Assembly (NCBI RefSeq): GCF_964213995.1
Contig: NW_027590139.1
Span: 1,302,001 to 1,366,000 of the forward strand
Length of the DNA stretch: 64,000 bases
DNA from: Mustelus asterias
Lineage: Eukaryota
Reading direction: 5' to 3'
Numbering within the stretch: position 1 is the first letter of the stretch; every line of letters starts with the position of its first letter. This document shows positions 11,660-23,154 of this stretch, piece by piece. The translations under genes were made by a program, and so were the position numbers. The notes beneath the pieces are model-generated. The model ran no database searches, had not been told where the DNA came from, and worked only from the letters and a program-made list of their open reading frames with translations.

Positions 11660-12107
11660 CTGTCAAAACAAGAACAAAATCAACATTAAGGTTTATACAG
11701 GGATAATTAAATAAAGAGTCTGTGTACATAGACGGAAGTAATTAATCTGTGCGTCTATCTATCGATCTGTCTGCCTATCTGTGCCTCTATCCATTCATCT
11801 AATTATTATCCACATTTTCATCTTTCTATATTCTTGTTTAGAATTTTCTCTCGCACACCTATCTGCCTAGATATCTGAAAGGTAGTTATTATTTCCTATC
11901 TGCATTTTACGTTGTGTGTCTAACAACGAATCAAAATAGATGACTGGATATGTTTCGCACATTGCATCTGTAATGACAGTTATAGGACGTGGTAACTCTA
12001 TCCAATTGGAGGTTAAACGTGGGATGTCCCAGCTTCTAGTATCACCGACATTACTTCCCCTGATTTGGGGAAAGTTTCAAAATGCTGTGGAGACAGGCCA
12101 GAGAACA

Positions 12108-12146
12108 AAATATTGTCCAGCTGGATCCGCTCTCTATCTCACTGTG
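12108..12146 (-). other. 23-RSS
   Basis: CACAGTG + 23 bp + ACAATATTT. Confidence 0.75.
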
Positions 12147-12574
12147 TCTGCTTCGCACAGCGATACATTCCGGAGTCCTGGGCAGCCGTGTCAACGATAA
12201 ATATGGTGCTGGAATTCTTTACTTGGTCAAAGGACAGTTTTGTAACGTCCTTCGATCACATTCCCATCGTAAATGGAGACGATAAATATCGCAGCCCCGG
12301 CAGCATTTGTCTGCACCAGGCCACAGAATAGCCAGATCCAATGGAGAGCTCACACATCAGTTCAATGCATGTCCCTTCCCGAGACTCAACCTGCTCGGGG
12401 TGGGAGCTCGGACCCTGACACTGAACGGCTATGAAGGAAAATAATCACTCACAAATTGCACGGTATTAAGAGATTATTAGAATCAACACATCTGATTAGA
12501 AAAATGAACTCACACAATATCAGCAGTAACAGAGCTCCAACAGGAAGCAGTTCTTTGCTTGGGTTTCGCTTCAT
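12147..12574 (-). pseudogene. Divergent antigen-receptor V pseudogene (leader 12514-12574; V exon 12147-12428)
   Basis: Leader MKRNPSKELLPVGALLLLIL with gtgagt donor; V: ..EQVESREGTCIELMCELSIGSGYSVAWCRQ...*...FDQVKNSSTIFIVDTAAQDSGMYRCAKQ, one in-frame TGA. Confidence 0.8.
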
Positions 12575-14270
12575 GATGATGAGGATGCACGAGAGGATCA
12601 ATCCGAGTCTGATTTCGAGACTGGGACTTGATGCCGAGTCCAGGACTCTGAATGGTGGGGAAGGGACTGGGAGGAGTGAGCTGTACTTTCTCCTCTTGAA
12701 TGCGACATTGAAGGTCCATATTATCACCGACTGGGCTCTTATGGGATGTCGGTACCTGACGTTACTGACGGTGCCACTGAGCGATTAGTTGTTTCTCAAT
12801 CCAGAGACCAATTGAACTGTCACTGCTACCGAACTTCTTCGCTTCCTGTGTGTAGCAACAGCGTAAATTGTTTCACGAGGTTGGTGCTCTGTTCTCTTTC
12901 AAAATGAAAAGAGCCATTCATAATCTTAGAATCGTTGTAGCACTAACAGAGATCATTCTGGCCATTGCTCACGTACTGTCTGTATTGATGGATTATCCAC
13001 TTATTCTTTATAGGCAACTTGCATTCAATAAATCTTATATTCTTAAAATTTCCGTTTGCTAGTCAAACAGTAATCCACCTGCCTCTGACAATTACTGGTA
13101 GACTCTCTCTCTCTATTACAGATTGGCATGGACCATTGCAACCTCTCACAGTCGACTTCTCCAAACACAAAAGTCTTCTAATCGCTCCCTCCGTTTCATA
13201 AAGATCACCTGAAATGCCGCCATCCAGTCACGCACTGAGAGACCAGCCGATTAACTCTCTTTCTTTTCAACCGTTCTCAAACTTGATTGGATACAAATCT
13301 GCCAACTACTTCTGAGCAGAATTACTGCTCCATTGAAAATATCGCCAGTTGCTCAAGTCTCCGCTGAGCGCTGTGCTCTATCATCCCCACTGTATCCTTC
13401 CCAGTCTTTCTTACACAGTCTCTGAGGTTAACACGAATCGATTGACGAGCCTCCGCTTAATGTGGTGCTCTCTCATCCCCACTTCATATTTCCCAGTAAC
13501 TCTTCCGCACTGTCACTGAGATTAACGCCAAAGGAACGAAAAGTCGCTACACGGATCTAAGTGTTTGAATTGCGTTCTCAACAATGATGTGTACAGACTT
13601 ACACGTGTCCCCTTGTGTTCTGAAATCTGCGTCCATGTTAATCAACCTCAGGTGCTGTATCTGTTCAATGCCATCGGTAGCTTATTCTCCGGTTTTTTAT
13701 TTTAAAGTTTATTGATCATTGTCACAAGAAAGGTTACATTAACACTGCAATGAAGTGAATGTGAAATCCCCTAGTCGGGATAATGAGTAAAGCCCAAATA
13801 TACCGGTCGGGCAACTTGCAGTGGCCGGTCATTCGGTGACATGTTTCAGAACATTCAACTATTTAAATAGCAAGTAAATATTAGAAATGTTAAAGAAAAA
13901 ACACATGCTACTTTATTAAAGCTTCTCTTTATTTATGATTTAACCTGATCTTCAACCCGTTTATCACTCTCAGTGCTTTTCAGTCTCTTCAATTTCCCTT
14001 TCGATAGTTCCCTCATTTTCTGTCTATCTCTCCTATGAAGATTGAACGTTTCTATTTCTATTTGCTGCTCGTTCATTGCGGTTTACATCTTCCTTCTTTT
14101 TTCTTCTCCATGTCTGTTTTCATCTATCTTCATTTCTGACGGAATTTTAATCAGTAGATTCTATATTTTATTTTGTGTTGCGCTCATTTCCTTTACTAAT
14201 GGACTTTTTATAATTCCATTCACTCTGCCGATACTCCGGACTCAGCAGAGTTGCTCTCGCAGTCTGTGCA

Positions 14271-14309
14271 TGTTTTTGTATGGGCTCACCCTATGTTTGT
14301 CACACTGTG
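14271..14309 (-). other. 23-RSS (near consensus)
   Basis: CACAGTG + 23 bp + ACAAAAACA. Confidence 0.9.
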
Positions 14310-14642
14310 GCTCACGGCGTAGAGATAGGTGGCAGTGTCTGTAACTTTGGCGTCTCTCACAGTCAGGGCGCTGAATTTGCTGTCTCCGCCGATTGAGGCA
14401 GTGATCCTCTCGCGTTGATCGGTTTCTGTTCTGGCCATCACCAGATACTGGGGTGGCTGATTCGGGGACTGTCGGGACCAATATACGTTGCTAAATGTAG
14501 TGGTCGTGGTGCAGTTCATGGATAAGGTTCCCCCTTCACTAACAACCTTCCGCCGATGAAGCTGCATCACCTCATCTGCTCCAGTCACCCCAGTGCAGGT
14601 CAGAGCGAAACACAGCAAACAGAGTCTGTGAATTCGGAGCAT
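14310..14642 (-). CDS. TCR alpha-type V segment with leader and V in one exon; second Cys replaced by Tyr (ORF/likely non-functional)
   Basis: MLRIHRLCLLCFALTCTGVTG-ADEVMQ...EGGTLSMNC...VYWSRQSP..PPQYL...SKFSALTVRDAKVTDTATYLYAVS. Confidence 0.85.
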
Positions 14643-15156
14643 TTTTCAGATCATATGAAATTCCTGCTGATGCATTTGTCCAGGGAGTTCAGATTAGAAC
14701 CAGGACCTGGGTTTAATATTCGGAAGAGTTTACAAGGAGTCAAACGCCTGCTTCGTGTCCAACTGAGGCGCCTATCTGTCGAACTGATCAAAGAAGCTGA
14801 GACTCGGGTTTTATCCGCCCACATTCACTGGCATCGATTCTACTGGAATCGGAGATGAAGAATTGAAGCCGGAATAAATAAACCCCATCAGTGACCCCAT
14901 GTTTCCGGTTACAAATCTCTTCCCACGTGTCTAACTAGGAAACTATTTCGTCCGATCGGAACTCTGACTGAACCCAGCACGGGGTGAATCCATTCACTGG
15001 CAGACAGCTCACCAGCTACCAACCCCACAGCACCACAGCGGATACAGGGAAATGCAGTGAGAGCATTCCGAGACACGACAGCAAAATATACAGGGTGAAG
15101 TTTGGAAAGGGTGTCTTCAAATATCCAACTCCACTTTTACTGAGCAGACAACAACG

Positions 15157-15613
15157 ATGCTGCTACTCAGCTTCTGGATTGTGCGGGAACATTCCTGACA
15201 GGTAATTATGGACCAAACGCATTTCATATCTACTTTAATTTTACAAACTTGTTTTTGAACTGAATTTTACGGATTCAGTCGGTCTGATCTGTTTTCGTTC
15301 GAACATGATTTTCAGATCTGAGTCATGGAGATTCTGTTACTCAGTCGCTGTCCTCAGAATAACAGACAGAAGGAAAAACTGTGACTTTGAACTGTACCTA
15401 TGATACTAGAATGAGCAACTACAATTTATACTGGTACCGGCAACACCCTGTGTTACAGTGGGGAAGAACTCGATGTTTGGTGAAGATGTAGCAGATTTTG
15501 CTGAAAGCCGTTTCTCTGGAGAACTTCAGGCATCGAGTAAATTCACCAGTTTGACCATCTCGGGTCTGCAGCTGACTGACGCTGCCTTGTATTTCTGCGC
15601 TCTCACTGAAACT
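15157..15613 (+). pseudogene. TCR alpha/delta V pseudogene (leader 15157-15201; V exon 15316-15613)
   Basis: Leader 1 nt short; HGDSVTQ...* ...TLNCTY...WYRQHP, deletion, ...SRFSGELQASSKFTSLTISGLQLTDAALYFCALTE. Confidence 0.9.
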
Positions 15614-15652
15614 CACAGTGATAGAAAGCAGTCTGACTGCTGCACAAAAACT
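15614..15652 (+). other. 23-RSS (near consensus)
   Basis: CACAGTG + 23 bp + ACAAAAACT. Confidence 0.9.
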
Positions 15653-16466
15653 GTCTTGAACTATAGGTTGAAAATCCTGTCTGCTGCGGGTTGCTCAGAA
15701 TCGCGGGCAGATGCAGCCATAATGTGACTGTCAGTTATGCAAGATTGCTCATTAACCTGTGATCAGTCCAAGTGTTTCCAGTATCCTGCCACGTCAACCA
15801 TTGTGTCTCTATGAGTCTGTGAGATCTCTCAGTTGTGAGCTGGCTGATATCGAAAGGAAATCCCTCGAGCCGAGCTGATTTCAGCACCTCGATAGGGGAA
15901 CGGGTGCACTTTTCCGGATCGGGTTGCGGGGATGAAACCCTGCTCTGTTAATTGGCAGCTGCAAATTCTTGGTTGCTTATAGTAACAAACATCATTGAGG
16001 AAACATTCTGAAGTTCACTGGTCATTGGGGGAATTCTGTGCTCAATGTCTATTTAAAAGATCACAGTCACTTCATTGTGAAATTTCTTCATTGTGTCTAC
16101 ACTTTCTCGGAAGCAGTACATCTCTCGGATCAAATAAACCCAGTGACCAGGCCGCGGTAGTAGACTTCAGAAACCTGTCAGGGGAGAGGGGGATTGAGTT
16201 GTTCAATATTAGAGACACGGAAACTTCATCCAAGGGCAACAACTGAGCTAAATGGAATAGATTTAAGAAGATCGGCGATAGCACAAATGCAAGTTAAAAT
16301 AAACTAATATAACTCCTCAAATGTTGCTCACCTCTTGTTGAGGTTGTGGTTTTCTTCTGATCTCTTGGGAAGGTCCCTGTGACTCACATGGAGAGTGAAT
16401 TATTGATTATGTTTATCAGCGTAAGTCCGCCCTCTAGTGGTACCTAACTGGAACTCCCATGTGTGG

Positions 16467-16960
16467 GCTTATTGTCTGGGATCCGCTCTATCTCTGCAGC
16501 AGTGTGGGCTCCGTGGCACAGTGATACACGGCGGTGTCAGAGAGAAGCATCCCGGCAACATTAAAAAGAACAGTTTTATTTCCTTTGCGCAAAACAGCAA
16601 GAACATCTGTCCGGTAGATGTTGAAACGTATCTCCCGTGCCATATATCTTCAATAATATTTATTTTAAATATCAATGTACACAATAATCCCGAACTGCAA
16701 CTCCAGACAATATCTCCCATGGGGAATGGGTCACAAAATTCTTATACAGTGCCTGGTGACAAATAGGCGAATGCACCACCCGAGCACATGTTGCAAACTT
16801 CCATTCCAATTTAGGTATGAAAGTTTGCAACAGGGAATGAACAATGTTATTCCATATTGGCACTTCATCAACCGGATGCCAGTTCCAGCCATCCAGTGAC
16901 TGACCTTCCCCGAGACTCACAGAGGCCAGCGCCTGCCGTAAGTGCAAGTCACCACCAGAT
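16467..16960 (-). pseudogene. Interrupted V pseudogene with RSS
   Basis: FR1-like GDLHLRQALASVSLGEGQSL (~16890-16955); FR3 KGNKTVLFNVAGMLLSDTAVYHCATEP (~16507-16590); RSS CACACTG-24-ACAATAAGC (16467-16506). Confidence 0.7.
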
Positions 16961-18619
16961 GGTGATATTGTATTAGTTTAATCACAAGATAGTGAAACTG
17001 CAGTTTGAACTCACAGCTGAGTTTGGTTTTCTTGATATCAGCTGGCCTGGAAGAGGGCAGCCCCAACATCATCACCACCATTTGAAAAGCAATTAGGGAA
17101 TACAATAAATTGTGGACTCAGCAACGAATCCCACACTCGGTCAAATTAATTTTAAAATGGTTTGTTTTGGAGATAGTTTTGGTGTCTCGTCCCCCAGTGA
17201 CCTCGAGTGGTGCGGAATTGCTATCAGTTTTACACTGTTTGAGCTGACCAAATTTGGAGAGCTCCCTGATCACAAATACCATTCCAATAAATCTCCTTCC
17301 GGCCTGTCAAGGCCAGTTGTGTGCAGAGTAATATAGCATAGTGGTAAAGATATATAAAAAATACATAACCTATTTGAATAAAACAGAAAAAATCCGTATC
17401 ATTCATTCCTGGAATTATACTGTTTTTCCGTTATTATCGCTGGGTCAGTATAGAATGTGCAGAGGTTAATTTCAAACTAAAAGGATGTTTCCTTTGTGAC
17501 AGGGACAAAAACTTGGGAGATAATGTTAATAAACTCCTCAAGGTCTCCTCAGAAATGATGAGATTATGCCTTTTTGTCACCATGATGTTCTTTGGTCTGT
17601 GATATCCTCTTCCCCAGAAATCAGTGGTGGCAAGTTCATTGAAAAGAATTAGGACGGGGTGAGGTCGATTATTGAATGACCAGGGAGTCAGAGTGTACAG
17701 GGGAAACATGGAAATACAGATGTCACAATTCAATCCGCCAGGAACTTATCAAATGTCGGGCAGTCTCGAGGTGGCACAGTTGCCTCCTCCAGCTCCAAAT
17801 TTGTATGTTCACATGGCCACAAGTGGACTTATTACATTAGTTGATTACAAGTCGCCTTTATGCAGAAGTTAAACGTCATAAATGCGCTCATGATATTTTA
17901 ATGTGCTTTTTGTGTCCTTTACTACCCATTCCCCGCCTGCCCGCCTATGAAACAACCATTTATCATCTCCTCTCTCACTCTCCAGCAGCTTACAACTGGC
18001 CTGTTCAGAGGTATATTTAATCAGTGCGTGTTACTGGATCAGAAACAGCGTATCTGCAATCAACATGTTCCACAGAGTAGTAACTGAGAATTGAGAATGA
18101 GCTGCCTGTGCGTCAGGGTGTCTCCTGAGGCTAATCTTGTTTCCCCTTTTCCTTTAACTATTGTTTTTCTGATGATCATTAACAAACCAACCCACACAGC
18201 AGAACGCTGTCTCCCACCAGGACATTGGCTGCAGCACAGATCGAGGTGTTTCCTTTCACTGACATCCAGCTCACTCAGGACGTCGGATCATTGAGGGCGG
18301 GGATTATAACGGGTGGCTTCAGTTATGAAGTTGGGGCGGCCTGGGTGGGATTGTGGCCGATGCAGACTCGATGGGCCGAATGGCCTCCTTCTGCACTGTA
18401 GGGTTTCTATGATGATTATGTGATGTTTCCCTGTTCCACTGCAGTTATGCAGTTCATTTTCTCAGTCTCTCCTGCTAACTGTTGGGTGACGGTTCGACCG
18501 AGGTTAATTTGGTTTCCTCTCGGTGTGTATCTGAGCGCTTGCGAGCGCCGCTGCACTGCAACAGCTGCAGTCCAACTTAAGGCTCAACAGAGCAGAGCTC
18601 GCACCAACAATCCAAAGGC

Positions 18620-18658
18620 AGTTTTTGTGCAGGGGTGAGACTGCTTTCCATCACTGTG
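18620..18658 (-). other. 23-RSS (near consensus)
   Basis: CACAGTG + 23 bp + ACAAAAACT. Confidence 0.9.
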
Positions 18659-19113
18659 ATAGCTGGAAAGCGCAGTAATACACGGCGACATCAGTCAGCT
18701 GCAGATCCGAAACGGTTAAACTGGTGAATTTAGTCGATGTATGAAGCTCGATAGAGAAACGGCTTTTGGCAAAACCTGCTTTATCTTCACTGTTGTATGT
18801 ATTTCTCCGCACGATAAACTCGGGATGGTTTCCTGGGAGTTGCCGGTACCAGTGTAATTCATAGTTTCTCTGTGTAGTTTCATAGTTACAGGTGAATATG
18901 AGCGCTGCTCCTTCTGCCTTAACATCTGAGGGCAGCGGCTGAGTGACAGAATCTCCATGACTCAGATCTGGAATATAATAAATTAATCAGGAAAAGTATA
19001 GACCGGTGGCTGGTTGAAATCTGATTCCAATCAAGCTTGGGGAATGAAAGAACGCATCCACATTTACCTGCCAGAAATATTCCCCACACAACCCAGATGC
19101 TGAGCAGCCGCAT
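18659..19113 (-). CDS. TCR alpha/delta V segment, apparently functional (leader 19068-19113; V exon 18659-18967)
   Basis: MRLLSIWVVWGIFLA|DLSHGDSVTQPLPSDVKAEGAALIFTCNYETTQRNYELHWYRQLPGNHPEFIVRRNTYNSEDKAGFAKSRFSIELHTSTKFTSLTVSDLQLTDVAVYYCAFQL; canonical splice sites, no stops. Confidence 0.92.
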
Positions 19114-19664
19114 TGTCTCTGTCCGCTCTGTGAAAGGGGAGGGTTTGGATATTTAGCCAACCGTTCTAAACCCCGCCCTCAATAATCTGCTGCCGTGTCT
19201 CAGGCTGTACTCACCTCACTTCCTTGCTTTTCCATTGGTGCTGTGAGGCCGGCAGATAGCAAAGAGAATCACCCCGAGCTGCATTACAGTCACTATTCTT
19301 GCAGAGAAAATGCTTCCCGAATTATCCACCAGAGTTGGGGAAGGAACACCTTCACCTTAATTGTACTAAAGAAAGTAAATAATTTTTGAATGAATTTGTC
19401 ACTTTGTTTTCATGGATTTTGCTCCACTAGCAGCGTAGTGATAACCATGACTGCAGTGAAATTCCTCTCACGGGCTTTAATTATTATTAATACATGAAGT
19501 AATGTCAGCGTTACTGGGAAGTCTAGATTTCAACTCCATTCCTAATTACCCTTGAGAAGGAGAGGGGGTGTGCAGGTTCTTAAACTGCTGTGGTCTCTCG
19601 GGACTATTAATATGGTGAAAGAGGATGCGTAGCACATCTAGCTTTTCCAGTAATAGAAAGTTCC

Positions 19665-19897
19665 TCCCGGTGCTGCTGTTTCATCCCAAACTCCAAAGAT
19701 GTGCAGGTTCGGTGGATTGGCCAAGCTAACTTGCCCCTTAGTGTCGCAAGATGTGTGTGTAGGTTAGGGGGATTAGCGGGCTGAATATGTGGGCTTCCGG
19801 GGATAGGGCCTGAGTGGGATTGTTGTCGGGGAGTCGGTGTAGGTTCAATGGGCCAAATTGCCTCCTTCTGCACTGTAGGGATCCGATGTTTCTATGA
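19665..19897 (+). mobile_element. V-SINE 3' part
   Basis: ccaaagatgtgcaggttcggtggattggcc...gcctccttctgcactgtaggga. Confidence 0.8.
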
Positions 19898-20915
19898 TAT
19901 TCAGGCAAGTAGATTTGAAAAAATGGAAAAGCATTGACTGTAGGAACCTGCAGCCGACATTGGAGCATGGTCATTGTCGCATCACACGTCACTATAGGTA
20001 AAACACTCCAGTGTATTCTACCGTTCTGCTCTCAATGTTGAAAATGCTTTAAAGGCGAATGTTTAATTGAGAATGTCAATATCGAGACTGAGCTGCCGAC
20101 CAGTGCTGTTGCTGAGGAACTTTTGGCCATAGTTCCGTAGATGCCTATTCAAGTAGCTAATTTTGGTTGCATTGAACTGGGTTGCAATCATTAATGTCCA
20201 TTTATGTTAGGTATGAAAGTATGTATCTGGCATATATTCACTGAGAGCGAGTCAATATCCCAATGCTGAAACTCGAGTAAAGCTGAAACGCCCTCTGGTG
20301 GCATTTGTTCGAATTATGTGCCTCAATGTTCCACTTCTCCCTGAGAGATTGCACAGGACTGTGTTGCGGTGTGGGAGATCCTTATACTTGGAAAGCGTGC
20401 CTCGTGCAGTGGGGAAGAGAATTATATTTTACTCTGAGAGATTTGGTTTGAAGCGCAGATTGGACACAAGGATGGATATCCATTTTGCCTGATGGGGAAA
20501 GGAGTTTGGCAAAGTGATGATTTATTCATTTTTTATTCAAGATTTACTTTAAAAATTCAGAGAACATTTTACAGAAACGTTTTTTTAAAGTTCACAGAAG
20601 GGAACATAACAATTGATTTTCATATTGAGAACAGAGCACGTGTGCTCTGAGCTGCCCAATATATGTACAACTGTAACAGACACCAAAAAGAGAAAACAGG
20701 AGCTCAACATGAAGAAAAGGAAACAATTGTGTATGTCGCGAAAAGATGGAAACAAAACATTGTTGTTGCAGGCATCTGTCCCCAGAGGCTCAGCAATGTG
20801 CAATGTAAGAGAAGTTAAACTGGCTGACAAACTGTCCTCCAGATTCCTACTTCATGAGAAATTTAAATAAAGGGTCGTTTCACAAACTAATCCTCAGCAA
20901 TGGGAAAGAAGAACA

Positions 20916-20980
20916 AGGATCCAACTAAACTTAAACCTGGTTCGCTGGATCCAGAGTGCTCACAGTTAGACCAGAAAACC
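20916..20980 (-). pseudogene. tRNA-Gln pseudogene
   Basis: Degenerate match to 2872-2943. Confidence 0.6.
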
Positions 20981-21104
20981 GACAACAGACCAGTCGGCTT
21001 CAAATGGTCGCTCAAAGCAATTGATCCACTTGTTGTTCCTCCCACATTGAATGAAGGAGGTCACATACTCTGAGTGACCATTTGCATCTGGCGGCTCTGT
21101 TCCT

Positions 21105-21176
21105 GGTTAAGTGGTGTGATGGTGAGCACTCTGGACTCTGAATTCAGTAATACGAGTTCAGATCTCGGTGAAACGT
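21105..21176 (+). pseudogene. tRNA-Gln(CTG) pseudogene
   Basis: ggttaagtggtgtgatggtgagcactctggactctgaattcag...gagttcagatctcggtgaaacg; acceptor stem broken. Confidence 0.75.
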
Positions 21177-21379
21177 TCCTTCTATTTGCTAAAGCCGGTG
21201 ATTGGTTTGCTGAAGGACATTTTATTTGAAATTCTCAGAAAGTGAATTTTAGACTCTGAGGAAATTTCAGCAAATTCCACCGCAATCACATTGCAGACAA
21301 TGCAGCGAATGATTCTCCTGGTGTTATTGCTTCAGCCCTCGAGGGCGATTGTTCAAGAAAGAATAGAGCTCGGAGGCAG

Positions 21380-22045
21380 AATCATAAAATCCCTGCAGTG
21401 CAGAAGGAAGCCATTCGGCCCATCGAGCCTGCGCCGATAACAATCACACCCTGGCCCTATCCCCATACACTTACCCTCTTAGTCCCCCTGACACTACGGG
21501 CAAAGTAGCATGGCCAATCAACCTACCCACACACCTTTGGATTCTGCGCCGGATGCTCAGCTTCCTTCCACACACGCAGACACGGGGAGAATGTGCAAAC
21601 TGCAGAATGTCACCCGAAGCCAGAATTGAAACCCGGTGCCTAACACTGTGAGGTAGCATTGTGCCACCGTGCCGGAAACATAGAAACATAGAAACATAGA
21701 AACCCTACAGTGCAGAAGGAGGCCATTCGGCCCATCGAGTCTGCACCGACCACAATCCCACCCAGGCCCTACCCCCACACCCCCACATATTTTACCCGCT
21801 AATCCCTCTAACTACACATCTCAGGGACAATTTTTAACCTGGCCAATCAACCTAACCCGCATATCTTTGGACTGTGGGAGGAAACCGGAGCACCCGGAGG
21901 AAACCCACGCAGACACGAGGAGAATGTGCAAACTCCACACAGACAGTGACCTGAGCTGGGAATCGAACCCAGGACCCTGGAGCTGTGAAGCAGCAGTGCT
22001 AACCACTGTGCTACCGTGCCGCCCGACTGTGCTACCGTGCCGCCT
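21380..22045 (-). mobile_element. Two tandem V-SINE copies separated by an (aaacatag)n tail
   Basis: Copies at ~21380-21675 and ~21676-22045; the second is near consensus with a duplicated head. Confidence 0.85.
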
Positions 22046-22136
22046 GTAATGCCACAGAGTGCAGGGGTTCCCCAACCGGTATCATTTACTGAGTCCTTTC
22101 TCCCAATTTAAACAAGACTTAGAACGAAAAGAATAG

Positions 22137-22208
22137 TGGCTCCACGGAAATTCGAACTCAGTTTGCTTGATTCACAAACCAGAAAGCTAACCAGTTCACC
22201 ATAGAACC
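22137..22208 (-). pseudogene. tRNA-Gln pseudogene
   Basis: Degenerate, same unit context. Confidence 0.55.
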
Positions 22209-22384
22209 GACAGGCCACTGGTTTAAGGCAGCAGGCCATTTTCCCAGATCTTTCTCTTAGTCACACACACACAAACACACACACACATTTTCTCTGCAAT
22301 GTGCATTGTCATTGAAGTTGAACTGGCTTTCAAATTGTCCTCTCGATTCATACTTTGTGAGAAAGTTAAACCTCGGTTGCCTCG

Positions 22385-22720
22385 GCAAAGCAGCCAACAT
22401 AATTAAGCACCCCACGCACCCCGGACATTCTCTCTTTCACCTACTTCCGTTGGGAAAAAAGATACAAAAGTCTGAGGTCACGTACCAGCTGACTCAGGAA
22501 GAGTTTCTGTCCTGCTCCCATCAGACTTTTGAATGTACCTACCTTCTATTAAGTTGACCTTTCTCTACACCCTCGCTATGACTGTGACATTACATTCTGC
22601 ACTCTCTCATTTCTTTCCCTATGAACGTTATGCTTTGTCTGTATAATGCGCAAGAAACAATACTTTTCACTGTATACTAATACACGTGACAATAATAAAT
22701 CAAATCAAAATCAAATCAAA
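22385..22720 (+). mobile_element. Rex1/Babar LINE 3' end with (aatca)n tail
   Basis: KAANIIKHPTHPGHSLFHLLP motif; inverse of 59972-60300. Confidence 0.8.
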
Positions 22721-22763
22721 TATCATCTAGCAAATCAATCATCAGAATTGGCAAAGAAAAACA

Positions 22764-22835
22764 ACGTTCCAAGGAGATTCGAACTCAGGTCGCTGGATTC
22801 AGACTCTGGAGTGCCCACAGTTTCACCACAGAACC
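22764..22835 (-). pseudogene. tRNA-Gln(CTG) pseudogene
   Basis: Degenerate match. Confidence 0.7.
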
Positions 22836-22877
22836 AAATGCGGTTGGTGACGATTTGCAAGTGGCGCCCATGTTCCC

Positions 22878-22949
22878 GGTTGTGTGGTGTAACGGTGAGC
22901 ATTCTGAACTCTGAATCCAGTAATCTGAAATCAGATCTCGGTGGAGCCT
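22878..22949 (+). pseudogene. tRNA-Gln(CTG) pseudogene
   Basis: ggttgtgtggtgtaacggtgagcattctgaactctgaatccag...gatctcggtggagcct. Confidence 0.75.
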
Positions 22950-23154
22950 TGCTTTTCTTTGCTAAAGGCGATGATTGGTTTGCTGAAGGGTATTTTATTT
23001 AAAATTGGCAGAAAGTGAAATTTTAAACTCTGAAGAAATTTCAGCAAATTCCACCGCATCCACATTGCAGACGATGCAGGAAATGATTTCCTAGCTTCAT
23101 GGCTTCAGTCACAGAGGACGATTGCTCAAGAAAATGAAGAGTTCGGAGGCAGAA

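Noticed and set aside
11970-12025. J-like peptide IGRGNSIQLEVK on the + strand
   Set aside because: No F/W-G-x-G, wrong spacing, no upstream RSS, poor donor.
13359-13526. Two diverged ~90-bp direct repeats inside the V island
   Set aside because: No RSS or coding signature, so not D/J segments; likely a local duplication.
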